From: an uncultured Lentisphaerota bacterium
Lineage (GTDB): Bacteria > Verrucomicrobiota > Kiritimatiellia > CAIQIC01
Direction of reading: 5' to 3'
DNA length: 64,000 nt
Assembly (NCBI GenBank): GCA_903912445.1
Contig: CAIWHP010000218.1
Location: 36,329-100,328, forward strand
In this document: positions 36,684 through 46,359 of the stretch, piece after piece
Position numbering within the stretch: the stretch's first letter is position 1
Layout: the number at the start of each line of letters is the position of its first letter
Translations under genes and position numbers: made by a program
Notes under the pieces: model-generated
Told to the model about the DNA's origin: nothing
The model's database searches: none
Seen by the model: only the letters and a program-made list of their open reading frames with translations

Positions 36684-37516
36684 GGTGACAACCTTTCGAT
36701 GGAAAGCCGCGCGGCATCGTACTCAAACACCTCGAGCGTGACCACGCCGGAAAAGCCGCGCACCGCCTCCAGGAAACTCTCCAGCCGGCCCGGCGCGAGG
36801 GCCGTCAGCGGCAGATGGTCGCGCCCGTCGCGCTCGCCGTGCAGGTGGATCACCCGCGCCCGCGGCAGCCAGGTGCGCAGGAACGCCGGCACGTCGCCGC
36901 CGCCCCGCCAGACATGCCCCACATCGGCACAAACGCTCAAGCCGAACCGGTCGAGCAGCGGCGCGCACCACTCGAAGGGATAGTTCAAGCTCTCGACACA
37001 GAACAGGCCGGGCGGCGGCCCGTCCGCGAGCAGGCGTGGCAGCTCGGCGGCCACGTCGCGCTGCCACGCCGCGACACGCGCGGCGGAGTCGCCCGGGCCG
37101 ATACCTTCGAGGTGCAGGATGTAGCCATGCACCGGCAAGGGCGCGAGGAGTGTGATGATGCGGCGCATCTGGTCCACGTGCGCCGCGCGTTCGGCGGCGT
37201 CCGCACTGCCGAGTTTGCGGTCGGTCGGAAAATGCACGGTGTAGGTCAGGCGGTGCTGATGGCCCAGCTCGGCCAAGCGCGCGACGACTTCCGCCGAAGG
37301 CAGGTTCGCCGTCTGCTCCGACTCGAAGAGCACCAGTTCGATATCGTCCACGCGCCCGGCGAGGCGCTCGACGTTCGGCAGGATATCGGCCGGATAGACA
37401 TAGGAGGTGACGCCGACGCGAAACGGCCGCGGAAAGGGCAGCCGGGGTAAGGGTGGATGGTGGATGCCAGGAGACGGAAGCGCTGCAATATATTCTGGAT
37501 CAGGCCTTGTCGTCAT
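36656..37516 (-). CDS. xylose-isomerase-like TIM-barrel protein (sugar phosphate isomerase/epimerase family); CbiR-like candidate
   Basis: TIM-barrel sugar-phosphate isomerase/epimerase-like pattern (…VHGYILHLEG…, …VIHLHGE…); overlaps cobU start by 28 nt; the Akkermansia cobamide-remodelling enzyme CbiR belongs to this fold and sits in cobamide loci. Confidence 0.45.
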   Translation of the reverse strand: MTTRPDPEYIAALPSPGIHHPPLPRLPFPRPFRVGVTSYVYPADILPNVERLAGRVDDIELVLFESEQTANLPSAEVVARLAELGHQHRLTYTVHFPTDRKLGSADAAERAAHVDQMRRIITLLAPLPVHGYILHLEGIGPGDSAARVAAWQRDVAAELPRLLADGPPPGLFCVESLNYPFEWCAPLLDRFGLSVCADVGHVWRGGGDVPAFLRTWLPRARVIHLHGERDGRDHLPLTALAPGRLESFLEAVRGFSGVVTLEVFEYDAARLSIERLSPCLTQTKAG

Positions 37517-37549
37517 ATGCGTTTCTCATCCACCATTCACCATCCGCCA

Positions 37550-39484
37550 TCAACCATTCTCCATGGTTTCCGCCACCCATGCTTGCAGCGCCGGGAAAAG
37601 CGGCTGGTGACCGAGCGCGCGGTGGAGCTGGCGCAGCGCGGCGGGGATGTGGGCGGCAAATGCGGCCGACTCCGGCCGCGCCGAAAGCTTGGCAAAGGCG
37701 CCGAGCGCCTGGACCAGCCGCTGGATCGCGGCCAGCCAGAACAGGTCCACCGGCACCGCGCCACCACCCTCGCGCTGGTAGGCGCTCAGCAGGTGCAGCT
37801 GCACCTCTTCCGTGAGATCGGCGTAGGGATCGCAGAGCAGCGACGCGAGATCGTAGGCCGCCGGGCCCAGGCGCATCCCCTGGAAATCGATCAGGTGCGG
37901 GTGGTTCTCGCGCCAGATGATGTTGCTCGATTGCAGATCGCGATGCACCAGCACCTGCGGCTCGCGCTCCAGTTGCGCGGTGATACCGGCCAACTCCTGC
38001 AGGATGCTCGCGATGGTTTCCACCGGCACGCCGCAGCGGCGCGCCAGCATATGCTCGGCAAAATAGTCGTGCTCCCAACGGTAGAGCTCGGGCCCGAAGT
38101 CCGGCATCCGCGCCAGCCCGACGCGCCGGACCGCCTGCGCGCCCTGCGTGTGCAACAGCACGACCGGACGCAGCGCCAGTTCATACAGCGCCAGCAGGTC
38201 GGCGCGCGCGAGGCCTTTCGCGAGGTTCAGCAGGTCGCGCTCGCCCACGTCCTCGACGATGGTGAGCTGGTGCTCCGGGTCGTCGTGCAGCACCGCCGGC
38301 ACCGGCAAGCCCAGGTCCTTGAGGAAGCGCGCGTGCAGGGCGAAGAGCTTGTTCTCCGCGCGCGCCGGATCGTAGCGCATCAGGATCGCCGTCCTTGCGC
38401 CGCTCATCAGCCACACGAACGTCCGCTGCGAGCCGCGCATGCCATCGGTGGCGACGGTCGTCTGCGTCACATCAAAACCCACCGCGCGCACCGCCGCCTG
38501 CTCCGCGGCATCGAGCCAGCGCTCGGCGCGTCCGACGAGGCCGGTCACATTGTGTTCCACCAGGGTATCCGGCCCGACGACGGCGCCGAACACTTCCACC
38601 TGCGGCGCGATCCGCGCACCGGGCAACAGCACGCTCAGCTCCACGCGCGCTTCCGGCGCCACCGTCACGTTCTCCGCCATCGCGACGAAGCCCGCGCCCC
38701 GCCGCGGCAACTGGCCGGCGCGCTGCGCCAGCGCAGGATCAAAGAGCGCGCCGCCGCACCGCTGCTGCTGATGCAGTTCCATGACCGTGGCATGCGCCGC
38801 CACATAATCCATGGGGCGGCCGGCATCCGCCCAGAAGGCGCCGGGCACCACCACGCCGCGCACGACCTCGCCGCGCGCCAGCGCCGCCGTATAGGTGGGC
38901 GTCATGCTCGCGAACACCTCCTGCTGCGGCAGGAAATCCAGGATGCGCTTCGTGAGCAGGTGCAGGCCGGTGAACGTGAACAGGTCCGGCGCGCCGGCCC
39001 GCGGGCTGGTCAGGTTCAGGATGCGCCCCGCCTGCAGGTCCACGGTGCGCGGGCCGAGGTGCGGCATCAGCCAGAGCGCCGCGAGCGGCTGATGCTGCGC
39101 AAAATCCGCGAGCAGCGGCAGCGGATCGAGCGCGGCGGCGACATCGGCATTGAACAGCCAGAAGGGTCCGGCATCGGGCAGGAACGGCTTCGCGCGCACC
39201 AGCGCGCCGCCCGTGCCGAGGATTTCCGTTTCGACGGAAAACTGCACCTGCACATCGGTGCGGGGCTGCTTGGCGAGGTGCGCGCGGATGGCGTCGGCGC
39301 CGTGGTGCAGGTTGATGAGCACCTCGCGCACGCCGAAGCCGGCGAGCAGGTCGAGCGCGCGGTCGAGCAGCGTCCGGCCCCACAGCGGCAGCAGCGGCTT
39401 GGGCACCTCGCGGGTCAGCGGCAACAGCCGCGTGCCGAAGCCGGCGGCGAGCAGCACGGCCTTGGTTGGACGGGAAATTATCAC
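37550..39484 (-). CDS. bifunctional sugar-1-phosphate nucleotidyltransferase (N-term) / aminoglycoside-phosphotransferase-like kinase (C-term); MurU-AmgK-like fusion
   Basis: GTG start; N-terminus MIISRPTKAVLLAAGFGTRLLPLTREVPKPLLPL is an NTP-transferase signature; C-terminal HRDLQSSNIIWRE...LIDFQGMRLGPAAYDLASLL is an APH/choline-kinase-like catalytic loop plus DFG-like motif. Confidence 0.65.
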   Translation of the reverse strand: MIISRPTKAVLLAAGFGTRLLPLTREVPKPLLPLWGRTLLDRALDLLAGFGVREVLINLHHGADAIRAHLAKQPRTDVQVQFSVETEILGTGGALVRAKPFLPDAGPFWLFNADVAAALDPLPLLADFAQHQPLAALWLMPHLGPRTVDLQAGRILNLTSPRAGAPDLFTFTGLHLLTKRILDFLPQQEVFASMTPTYTAALARGEVVRGVVVPGAFWADAGRPMDYVAAHATVMELHQQQRCGGALFDPALAQRAGQLPRRGAGFVAMAENVTVAPEARVELSVLLPGARIAPQVEVFGAVVGPDTLVEHNVTGLVGRAERWLDAAEQAAVRAVGFDVTQTTVATDGMRGSQRTFVWLMSGARTAILMRYDPARAENKLFALHARFLKDLGLPVPAVLHDDPEHQLTIVEDVGERDLLNLAKGLARADLLALYELALRPVVLLHTQGAQAVRRVGLARMPDFGPELYRWEHDYFAEHMLARRCGVPVETIASILQELAGITAQLEREPQVLVHRDLQSSNIIWRENHPHLIDFQGMRLGPAAYDLASLLCDPYADLTEEVQLHLLSAYQREGGGAVPVDLFWLAAIQRLVQALGAFAKLSARPESAAFAAHIPAALRQLHRALGHQPLFPALQAWVAETMENG

Positions 39485-39606
39485 GGCCCGAGCTTAGCTG
39501 CCGCCCCGCCAGATTCCAAGGATGGGAAATGCGCCCGCGGCCACACGCGCGCCGCGGTTGCGCAGGCTGCGCGGCGGGCTTACGTTTTATCGACCGGAGG
39601 TGGCCT

Positions 39607-39861
39607 ATGACAGAGACAGGTATCGGTAAAGTGACGCACTACTTCGGGCATCTGGGCGTCGCGGCGATCGAGTTGCGCGGCCCGCTGAGCGTGGGCGATC
39701 TGATTCACATCAAGGGACGCACGACCGATCTTATGATGAAAGTGGATTCCCTGCAGGTGAACCATGTCGATGTCCACGCGGCGCAGGCCGGCATCAGCAT
39801 CGGCGCGCGCGTGCCGGAGCATGTCCGCGAGCACGACGTGGTTTTCAAGCTGGCGGCCTGA
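39607..39861 (+). CDS. small elongation-factor-like beta-barrel protein (84 aa)
   Basis: ATG at 39607 (aa 48 of TTG ORF 39466); MTETGIGKVTHYFGHLGVAAIELRGPLSVGDLIHIKGRTTDLMMKV... resembles the small translation-elongation-factor-like protein family. Confidence 0.45.
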   Translation: MTETGIGKVTHYFGHLGVAAIELRGPLSVGDLIHIKGRTTDLMMKVDSLQVNHVDVHAAQAGISIGARVPEHVREHDVVFKLAA

Positions 39862-39972
39862 CCGGGGTACCGGGGGATCTGGTGCGTTTTGTCTGCGGTT
39901 GGGGCGTCCCGTGAACGTTCCCCAGCCGTGAAATGCGCTTGCTTTCAGGGCGTAGAGGGGGATATTGCGGCC

Positions 39973-40542
39973 ATGAAAAAATCAATCGTCTTGCTGGCCG
40001 CGGTTCTCGGCGTCGTGGCGGTCCACGCCGCGCCGGCGGCGGACGCACCGGCCAAGGGAGAAACGAAAATGGAATCCGCTACGTTTGCCGCCGGCTGCTT
40101 CTGGGGTGTGGAAGCGGAATTTCGCGACGTGAAGGGCGTGAAGGAGACGGCTGTCGGCTATACCGGCGGCGCCGTGCCGAAACCTACCTACGAGCAGGTC
40201 TGCGCGCACGCGACCGGCCATGCCGAGGCGGTCGAGGTCCAGTTCGATCCGCAGGTGGTGAGCTACGGGCAACTGCTCGACGTGTTCTGGAAAATCCACG
40301 ACCCGACACAGCTAAACCGGCAGGGACCGGACGTCGGCGACAACTATCGTTCCGCAATTTTCTGCCACACGCCGGAACAACTGAAGGCCGCCAAGGCTGC
40401 GCTGGACAAGCTGCAGAAATCCGGAAAATTCGGCGACCGCAAGATCGCCACGCAGATCGTACCCGCCGCGCCGTTCTATCGCGCCGAGGAATACCACCAG
40501 CGTTATCTCGAGAAGCACGGCCGGGCGAGATGCCACAACTGA
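39973..40542 (+). CDS. msrA: peptide-methionine (S)-S-oxide reductase MsrA, secreted
   Basis: ATG at 39973 (aa 29) gives signal peptide [23 protein letters not shown]; catalytic GCFWG motif. Confidence 0.9.
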   Translation: MKKSIVLLAAVLGVVAVHAAPAADAPAKGETKMESATFAAGCFWGVEAEFRDVKGVKETAVGYTGGAVPKPTYEQVCAHATGHAEAVEVQFDPQVVSYGQLLDVFWKIHDPTQLNRQGPDVGDNYRSAIFCHTPEQLKAAKAALDKLQKSGKFGDRKIATQIVPAAPFYRAEEYHQRYLEKHGRARCHN

Positions 40543-40606
40543 GCAGGGTAGACAGCGGCTATGGGATGGTGAAGGGCGGGGTCAGTAAATTCTTTCCAAC
40601 CATATA

Positions 40607-40675
40607 GGGGCGCAGTCTTGCTGCGCCCAATGTGTGTCGGAAACAGAATGAAAAGGGCGCAGAAAGCCTGCGCCC
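40607..40675. terminator. pair of GC-rich hairpins (shared stem GGGCGCAG/CTGCGCCC) between convergent msrA and msrB
   Basis: ggggcgcag-tcttg-ctgcgccc (40607-40628) and gggcgcag-aaagc-ctgcgccc (40655-40675); no clear U-tract, so assigned as likely bidirectional terminators from position only. Confidence 0.35.
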
Positions 40676-40705
40676 CTGCCGGCAAAGCTCCCCTACGGCC
40701 AAGCC

Positions 40706-41230
40706 CTATTTCTTCGCCGGCACGAACTTCATGGCCACTTCGTTGAGGCAGTAGCGCTTGCCGGTGGGCGGTGGGCCGTCATCGAAGACATGGCCGAGGT
40801 GCGCAGCGCACCGGGCACATTGGATTTCCGTACGCACCATGCCATGGCTGCGGTCCTCGACATATTGGACATGCTCAGCCGCGACGGGCTGATAGAAGCT
40901 CGGCCAGCCGCTGCCGGAGTGGAACTTGTTGGTGGAGCTGAACAGCTCCAGCCCGCAGCAGACGCAGCAGTAGCTGCCCGGCTCCTTGCTGTCGTGCAGG
41001 ATGCCGCAGAACGGCGGCTCGGTGCCGCGGTTGCGCGTGATGCGGTATTGCTCCGGCGTCAGTTGTGCCTTCCACTCGGCGTCGGTCTTCACGATTTTTT
41101 GCATGACCTTGGTTCCTTTCACAGGCGCAGCCGGGGCATTCGTTGCGGGCGGCTGGGCGGCGTAGCCGGCGAGCGCGCCGGCGCCGAGCAGCGCCAGCGT
41201 GAGCAGCAGGTTGTGGTTTGTCGTTTTCAT
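40706..41230 (-). CDS. msrB: peptide-methionine (R)-S-oxide reductase MsrB, secreted
   Basis: ATG at 41230 (aa 44 of ORF ..41359); signal peptide [22 protein letters not shown]; two CxxC zinc motifs ([16 protein letters not shown]); SelR domain. Confidence 0.9.
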   Translation of the reverse strand: MKTTNHNLLLTLALLGAGALAGYAAQPPATNAPAAPVKGTKVMQKIVKTDAEWKAQLTPEQYRITRNRGTEPPFCGILHDSKEPGSYCCVCCGLELFSSTNKFHSGSGWPSFYQPVAAEHVQYVEDRSHGMVRTEIQCARCAAHLGHVFDDGPPPTGKRYCLNEVAMKFVPAKK

Positions 41231-41249
41231 CGTGTGCAACCTTACGGGT

Positions 41250-41888
41250 TCAGCTTGGATTTTCAATGCCGAGCAATGCGCGGATGGGCCGGAAGCTGCG
41301 CCGGTGCTGCGGCGTCGGGCCGAGCTCGCGCAGCGCGCGCTGGTGGAGCGCGGTGCCATAACCTTTGTGCGCGGCGAAGCCGTAGCCGGGAAACTGGCGG
41401 TCGAGCTCCAGCAGCTGGTGATCGCGCGTGACCTTGGCGATGATGCTGGCCGCGGCGATGGAGAGGCTCAGCGAGTCGCCGCGCACGATCGCGCGATGCG
41501 GGCAGGGCAGGCCCTTCACGGGCAGGCCATCCACGAGGGCAAATTCCGGCGGCGGCTGGAGCGCGGCGAGCGCGCGCGCCATCGCCAGGTGCGTTGCGCG
41601 CAGGATGTTCAGCGCGTCGATCTCGGCCACGTCGGCCTGGCCGACCGCCCAGGCGATCTCCGGGCGGCTTTGGAGGCGGGCAAAGAAAAACTAACGCCGC
41701 GCGGGCGTGAGTTTTTTCGAATCGGTCAGGCCGCGGAAGAACCCGTCGGCCTCGGCCTCGGCGAAGGCCGGCGCAATCATCACGGCGCCGGCCACCACCG
41801 CCCCGGCCCACGGCCCGCGCCCGGCCTCGTCTACTCCGGCCAGGCGCTGGATGCCCGCGCGCCAGCAATCGCGCTCGTGAGCGAGCAC
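41250..41888 (-). pseudogene. rnhB: ribonuclease HII gene interrupted by an in-frame TAG codon at 41691-41693
   Basis: N-terminal ORF 41691..41888 (…[21 protein letters not shown]…[10 protein letters not shown]) and C-terminal ORF 41250..41630 (…EIDALNILRATHLAMARAL…) are in the same frame, separated by one TAG where RNase HII homologues have Glu (GAG); otherwise intact. Confidence 0.6.
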
Positions 41889-41902
41889 GGCGGCGTCCCC
41901 GC

Positions 41903-42295
41903 TCAGGCCTTGGCCTTCGCCTTGGCAGCGGGCGCGACGACGTCGGCCACGACGTTCTCGTCGAGCTTGGTCGCCTTGCCGGTCAGCTTGCGCAGGTAGT
42001 AAAGCTTGGCGCGGCGGACGCGGCCGGACTTTTCCACCACGACCTTGGCCACGCTCGGCGCGTGCACCGGGAAAATGCGTTCGACGCCTTCGCCGTAGCT
42101 GATGCGGCGGACGGTAAAGGTTTCCGTCGTGCCACGGCCGTTGCGTGCGATGACCGTCCCGGTGAAGACCTGGACGCGCTCTTTATCGCCTTCCTTGATC
42201 TTCACGTGGACGTGCACGGTATCGCCGATGGAGAATTCCGGCACGCCGTCCTTCTTCACCTGCTCCAGATGGATCTTATCAAGTATCTTGCTCAT
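41903..42295 (-). CDS. rplS: 50S ribosomal protein L19
   Basis: [55 protein letters not shown]...; canonical L19. Confidence 0.95.
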   Translation of the reverse strand: MSKILDKIHLEQVKKDGVPEFSIGDTVHVHVKIKEGDKERVQVFTGTVIARNGRGTTETFTVRRISYGEGVERIFPVHAPSVAKVVVEKSGRVRRAKLYYLRKLTGKATKLDENVVADVVAPAAKAKAKA

Positions 42296-42992
42296 CGTTG
42301 TCCTGTCCTTCCTCTTTCAACAAGTCCGGCCGGCGCTCGCGCGTACGGCGGCGCGCTTGCTCCGCCCGCCACGTTGCGATCGCGGCATGGTGGCCGGACA
42401 TCAAAACTTCGGGCACCTGCATCCCGCGGAACTCGGCCGGCCGCGTATAGTGCGGATACTCCAGCTGCCCCGCCGCAAACGATTCTTCCAGCGTGGCGCC
42501 CTCGCCGCCGAGCACATCCGGCAGCAGCCGCACCAGCGCATCGATCACCACCGCCGCCGGCAGCACGCCGTTGGTCAACACATAGTCGCCGATGGAGATT
42601 TCCTCATCCACCAGCGACTGCCGGATCCGCTCATCCACGCCCTCGTAGTGGCCGCAGACGAAGACCAGATGCCGTTCCTGCGACAGCCGCTGCGCCGCCG
42701 CCTGGTCGAAACGCCGCCCTTGCGGCGTCATCAAAATCACCCTGGCGCCCGGCTCCCGCAGCGCTTCCACCGCGGCGAAGACCGGCTCGCACTTGAGCAC
42801 CATCCCCGGGCCGCCGCCGAAGGGGCGGTCGTCGGTCGTCCGGTGCGCATCGGTGGTGAAGTCCCGCAGATTGACCGCGCGGAAGTGTACCGCGCCCATC
42901 TGCGCCGCGCGCTTCATCATGCTCGCGCCGAGAAAGCCGTCCAGCATCTCCGGGAAGATGGTGATGACGTCTATCTGCAACGGCGTGCGCAT
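42279..42992 (-). CDS. trmD: tRNA (guanine37-N1)-methyltransferase
   Basis: SPOUT-fold TrmD: [52 protein letters not shown]. Confidence 0.95.
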   Translation of the reverse strand: MRTPLQIDVITIFPEMLDGFLGASMMKRAAQMGAVHFRAVNLRDFTTDAHRTTDDRPFGGGPGMVLKCEPVFAAVEALREPGARVILMTPQGRRFDQAAAQRLSQERHLVFVCGHYEGVDERIRQSLVDEEISIGDYVLTNGVLPAAVVIDALVRLLPDVLGGEGATLEESFAAGQLEYPHYTRPAEFRGMQVPEVLMSGHHAAIATWRAEQARRRTRERRPDLLKEEGQDNDEQDT

Positions 42993-43005
42993 GCAGCGCC
43001 CGGCC

Positions 43006-43236
43006 TCACTCGACGATTTCGAGCATGGCGCGCCGGCCGTTCTTGGCCGCGAAGGCGCTCAGCAGCACGCGGACCGCACCCACGGTGCGGCCGCTCTTGC
43101 CGATCAGCTTGCCCAAATCTTCTTTGTGGCACCGCAGCTCGAACACGGTCGTCTGCTCGCCCGCCAGCTCCGCGAGACGGACCGCCTCGGGATGGTCGGC
43201 GAGCGCGCGCAAAATCTGTTCCACGAACTCTCTCAT
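43006..43236 (-). CDS. KH-domain RNA-binding protein (YlqC/UPF0109 family)
   Basis: 76 aa; LIGKSGRTVGAVRVLL GxxG KH motif; conserved position between rpsP and trmD. Confidence 0.85.
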   Translation of the reverse strand: MREFVEQILRALADHPEAVRLAELAGEQTTVFELRCHKEDLGKLIGKSGRTVGAVRVLLSAFAAKNGRRAMLEIVE

Positions 43237-43250
43237 GCAACGCGTCCTGT

Positions 43251-43559
43251 TCAGGCCTGTGCGGCCGGTGCGACGGGCTCGGCCGCAGCCGGCGCCGTCT
43301 TGGCCGCCGCGCGGGCAGCCGTCTTGCGCAGCTTGCGCATAAAGCTGTTCACGGTATCCGAGAGCTGCGCGCCTTTGCCGACCCAGTATTCCACCCGGTC
43401 AACCTTCAGCTCGAAGTTGGTGCCCTTCTTTTTCGGGTCGTACCAGCCCAAAGCTTCCAAGAAGCGTCCCGCATTGGGACGCCGCGAATCGGTCGCCACA
43501 ACGCGAAAGAACGGCTTTTTGTTTCCGCCCATCCGCCGCAACCTGACTATGACTGCCAT
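43251..43559 (-). CDS. rpsP: 30S ribosomal protein S16
   Basis: MAVIVRLRRMGGNKKPFFRVVATDSRRPNAGRFLEALGWYDP...; canonical S16 with Ala-rich tail. Confidence 0.95.
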   Translation of the reverse strand: MAVIVRLRRMGGNKKPFFRVVATDSRRPNAGRFLEALGWYDPKKKGTNFELKVDRVEYWVGKGAQLSDTVNSFMRKLRKTAARAAAKTAPAAAEPVAPAAQA

Positions 43560-43727
43560 AACGTTCCTCCAGACTCAACCACCGGTCGGCGTTTCGCACA
43601 CGCGGACGCCGGCACCGGACAAACGAGCGCGGTTCTATAGCCTATTCCCCCCCGCCCCGGCAATCCTTTTTACTGGAAAAGCGCGAAATGTTCCGCGCGG
43701 CCGGCCGCGGCGCGCCGGGCGGCGGGG

Positions 43728-43781
43728 CTTTTCCAGACCTTGGAAACCGGAACCCGCGGCTTTTCCAAGGCTGGGAAAACC
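43728..43781. repeat. two phased copies of palindromic motif TTTCCAAG-N-CTTGGAAA upstream of the rpsP operon
   Basis: cttttccagaccttggaaacc (43728-43748) and cttttccaaggctgggaaaacc (43760-43781); ~32 bp phasing. Confidence 0.65.
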
Positions 43782-43784
43782 ACC

Positions 43785-45194
43785 TCAACGCGCGGGCGGC
43801 GCCGGCGCCGGCGTGCCGGGCGGCGGGTAATTTTGCGCGGCATCGTCGAGCGCCAGCACCCAGTCGAGCGCCTCGCCGGGCGTCGGCGTGACGAAGGTGC
43901 GCGTGCCGGTATTGGGAAATTCGCCGGCCCGCGTGGCCGCGCCGGTGCGCGGATCGAACCACCAGGCCCGGACGACAGGACCGGAGAGCTTGTCCATGCG
44001 CACGCCGAACGGGCGGCCGGCCGGCGCATAGACGAAGGCGTAGCGGCCGTGCGCGTCGCGCGTGGCGGCGAAACGATAGCGCCCGGCGCCGGGCACCGCG
44101 TTCGTGACGGCGGCGGGCGCCAGCACCCCGTCGTCCGGCACGCGCGTCAGGACCGGACGCGACTCAAGCAGCCGGCGCCCAAACTGCATCTGGCCGGCGC
44201 CGGGCTGGTCGAGCGCCGCGCGCCACGGCAGCAGCGGGTGATTGACCGGCTGGCGCCCGGGCTGCCACAGTTGCCAGACCGAATGATGGCCATAGGTGTG
44301 GCCGCACGCGCCGCTGAACAAATCCCAATACAGCGCCCGGCGCACGTCGGCGGCCAGCGAGTAGCCCTGCTCAGCCGCCTTGAACGCAAGCGGGTGGTCC
44401 TCATAGAGCGGCTCGCCATCGATCACGGGCTTGGCGGGTTGGCGGTCGTAATCGGCGCGCGTCTTGGCGTAACGCGAAAATTCGGCGCCGTGCCCGTTCT
44501 GGCGCAGATTGAACGCGAGCCAGCCGTCGTCGTGGAACCATTCCGCGGAGCCGCGACCGCCGCACGGGTGCAGCGTCATCAGGTGCGTGCCGCCATCGCC
44601 GGCGCGCAGCCCGCGCGCCAAGGCACGGAGGATGGCCTTGTGCGCTTCGCTCTCCACGGGCCGGTCGCCGCCGAGGATCCAGATGATCGGCTTGTCGCGA
44701 TAGCGGCGGCCGAGCCCTTCGCCATAGGCCGCCGCGTTCTCCGCCGTGAAGAGGGCCGGCCCCTGCCCCCACTTCTGGTTCCACTTGTCGCCCCACGTGG
44801 GCAGCATACCTACATAAAGGCCCAGTGCCTCGGCCTTGTTCACGATCCAGTCCACGTGCTGGAAGTAGCGCTCGTCCGGCTTCGTGGGATCGTCGCCGAC
44901 GAGCGGCGTGTGGCCATAGGCGTTCGGCACATGCAGCCCGTCGAGTTCCGCCAGCACGACGGCCTGGATGACGGTGAACTGTTTCGCCGCGCGGTCCTTG
45001 AGATAGAACTCCGCATCCTCCCGCGTCGTGCGGTGGAACAACTCCCACGCCGTGTCGCCCAGATAGAAGAACGGCGCGCCCTGCTCCGTCACCAGGAAGT
45101 GCTGGTTCTCGCTGACGCGCAAGCGCGGCAGCGGCGCCGCGCCGAGGGGCAGCAGGCCCCAGGCGCAGGCCAGCAGGACGAACGCTCTTTTCAT
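43785..45194 (-). CDS. secreted glycoside hydrolase, DUF4038 / GH140-like
   Basis: ATG at 45194 (aa 30 of ORF ..45281); signal peptide [20 protein letters not shown]; [12 protein letters not shown]...FTVIQAVVL...[13 protein letters not shown] matches the DUF4038 (GH140-type) catalytic domain. Confidence 0.6.
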   Translation of the reverse strand: MKRAFVLLACAWGLLPLGAAPLPRLRVSENQHFLVTEQGAPFFYLGDTAWELFHRTTREDAEFYLKDRAAKQFTVIQAVVLAELDGLHVPNAYGHTPLVGDDPTKPDERYFQHVDWIVNKAEALGLYVGMLPTWGDKWNQKWGQGPALFTAENAAAYGEGLGRRYRDKPIIWILGGDRPVESEAHKAILRALARGLRAGDGGTHLMTLHPCGGRGSAEWFHDDGWLAFNLRQNGHGAEFSRYAKTRADYDRQPAKPVIDGEPLYEDHPLAFKAAEQGYSLAADVRRALYWDLFSGACGHTYGHHSVWQLWQPGRQPVNHPLLPWRAALDQPGAGQMQFGRRLLESRPVLTRVPDDGVLAPAAVTNAVPGAGRYRFAATRDAHGRYAFVYAPAGRPFGVRMDKLSGPVVRAWWFDPRTGAATRAGEFPNTGTRTFVTPTPGEALDWVLALDDAAQNYPPPGTPAPAPPAR

Positions 45195-45284
45195 GGCTGG
45201 AAACTTTTGGCCAAGGCCGGCAGCCGCATGGTCGTCAGGGGGACGGCGACGCACGCCGAGTGCCCGTTGCACGGAGGCCACCCG

Positions 45285-46286
45285 CTATTTCGGCATTTCG
45301 TGCGCGCCGACCTTGTCGGCGGGCATTTTCCCCGCCGCCGGCGGCGGCAGGGTCACGGCGCCGGTCGCGGCCCATTCGGTGCCGCGCTGCAGGGTGGCCT
45401 GGAAACCAACATCAACCATGGATGAACCGTTATGGCCCAGCGCCGTGTGGAAAATGCGGCCCTTCTCGTAGCTGATGACCATCAGCATCGGCTCGTGATG
45501 GCCGGTGCCCTTCTGGGCGGGATCGGCGTACGCGGTGGCGAGCACGGTAAGGTGCTTGGCCGGGCCGCGCAGCTTGGAATAGAGTTCATCCTTCGCGTGC
45601 AACCATTTCGTGGGCAAGCCTTGCGTGATCGGGTGATCGGTCACACGCAACTCGACCACATATTCGTGCTGCGGGCCGTGCGTGCCACCGGCGCCGGGCG
45701 TTTCGTCGCGCACGATCTTGCCGTCCTGCCAGTAGAGCATCGGGCCTGACTTCTCGTTGCGCCCGCCCCACCCGCCGACGCCCATCATCTCGTTGAACTC
45801 CGGCCATTCCGGGAACGCATTATCGGCCGCGTGGTAGAAGACCACGCCGCCGCCTGCGCTCACGTACTTGAGGAAAGCGGCTTTGACGGCGTCGGGCCAC
45901 TTGTCGCCGGTGTAGTTCAGGACGATCACAGCGTAGTCGCTGAACTTCGGATGCCACTGCTGCCACGCCGCGGCGCTGGCCTTCTCCAGCCCGGCCTTCT
46001 CCGCCTTCCACTTGGCCAGTTCGGCCGCGTGCTTGGCCTTTTGCTTCTCGTTCGCCTGCCCCTTGGGCAACTGCGGCGCACGTGGCGCGGCAGGTGGCGT
46101 CGTGGAAACATCCACGGTGAAGCGCCCGCAGTCTTCCAAAATCCATTTCAGCACGGGCGTCGCGCCCTTCCAGTCGTGATTGTTCTGCCCGTCCACGATC
46201 AGGACCTTGAGCTTGTCCGCCGCCTGCGCGGAAACGCACACCGCCGCCAACGCCGCCAAACCAACGATCAGCCTGCTGAGTTTCAT
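45285..46286 (-). CDS. ThuA-like (class I glutamine-amidotransferase-like) domain protein, secreted
   Basis: ATG at 46286 (aa 14 of ORF ..46325); signal peptide; KVLIVDGQNNHDWKGATPVLK and VVFYHAADNAFPEWPEF are ThuA-family hallmarks. Confidence 0.65.
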   Translation of the reverse strand: MKLSRLIVGLAALAAVCVSAQAADKLKVLIVDGQNNHDWKGATPVLKWILEDCGRFTVDVSTTPPAAPRAPQLPKGQANEKQKAKHAAELAKWKAEKAGLEKASAAAWQQWHPKFSDYAVIVLNYTGDKWPDAVKAAFLKYVSAGGGVVFYHAADNAFPEWPEFNEMMGVGGWGGRNEKSGPMLYWQDGKIVRDETPGAGGTHGPQHEYVVELRVTDHPITQGLPTKWLHAKDELYSKLRGPAKHLTVLATAYADPAQKGTGHHEPMLMVISYEKGRIFHTALGHNGSSMVDVGFQATLQRGTEWAATGAVTLPPPAAGKMPADKVGAHEMPK

Positions 46287-46359
46287 TTTTTGACTCCTAT
46301 TGTTGCAGCCACCGGGCGCGCCCACGGCACGCCGTCCGACACTCTTCCAACGTAAAGCA

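Noticed and set aside
39421-39484. Apparent 1-nt inconsistency between my reading of the printed sequence and the track near the start of gene 37550..39484
   Set aside because: Codon-by-codon translation of the track ORFs on both strands (MIISRPTK... and MDGKLSRPEL...) is self-consistent, so the discrepancy was treated as a transcription-reading slip; coordinates were taken from the track.
41691-41693. TAG stop-codon reassignment (e.g. to a sense codon) as explanation for the in-frame amber in rnhB
   Set aside because: TAG terminates other well-supported genes in the window (e.g. the GT-C gene ending at 8110), and I saw no other internal in-frame TAGs in the genes annotated here; a point mutation or sequencing error is more parsimonious.
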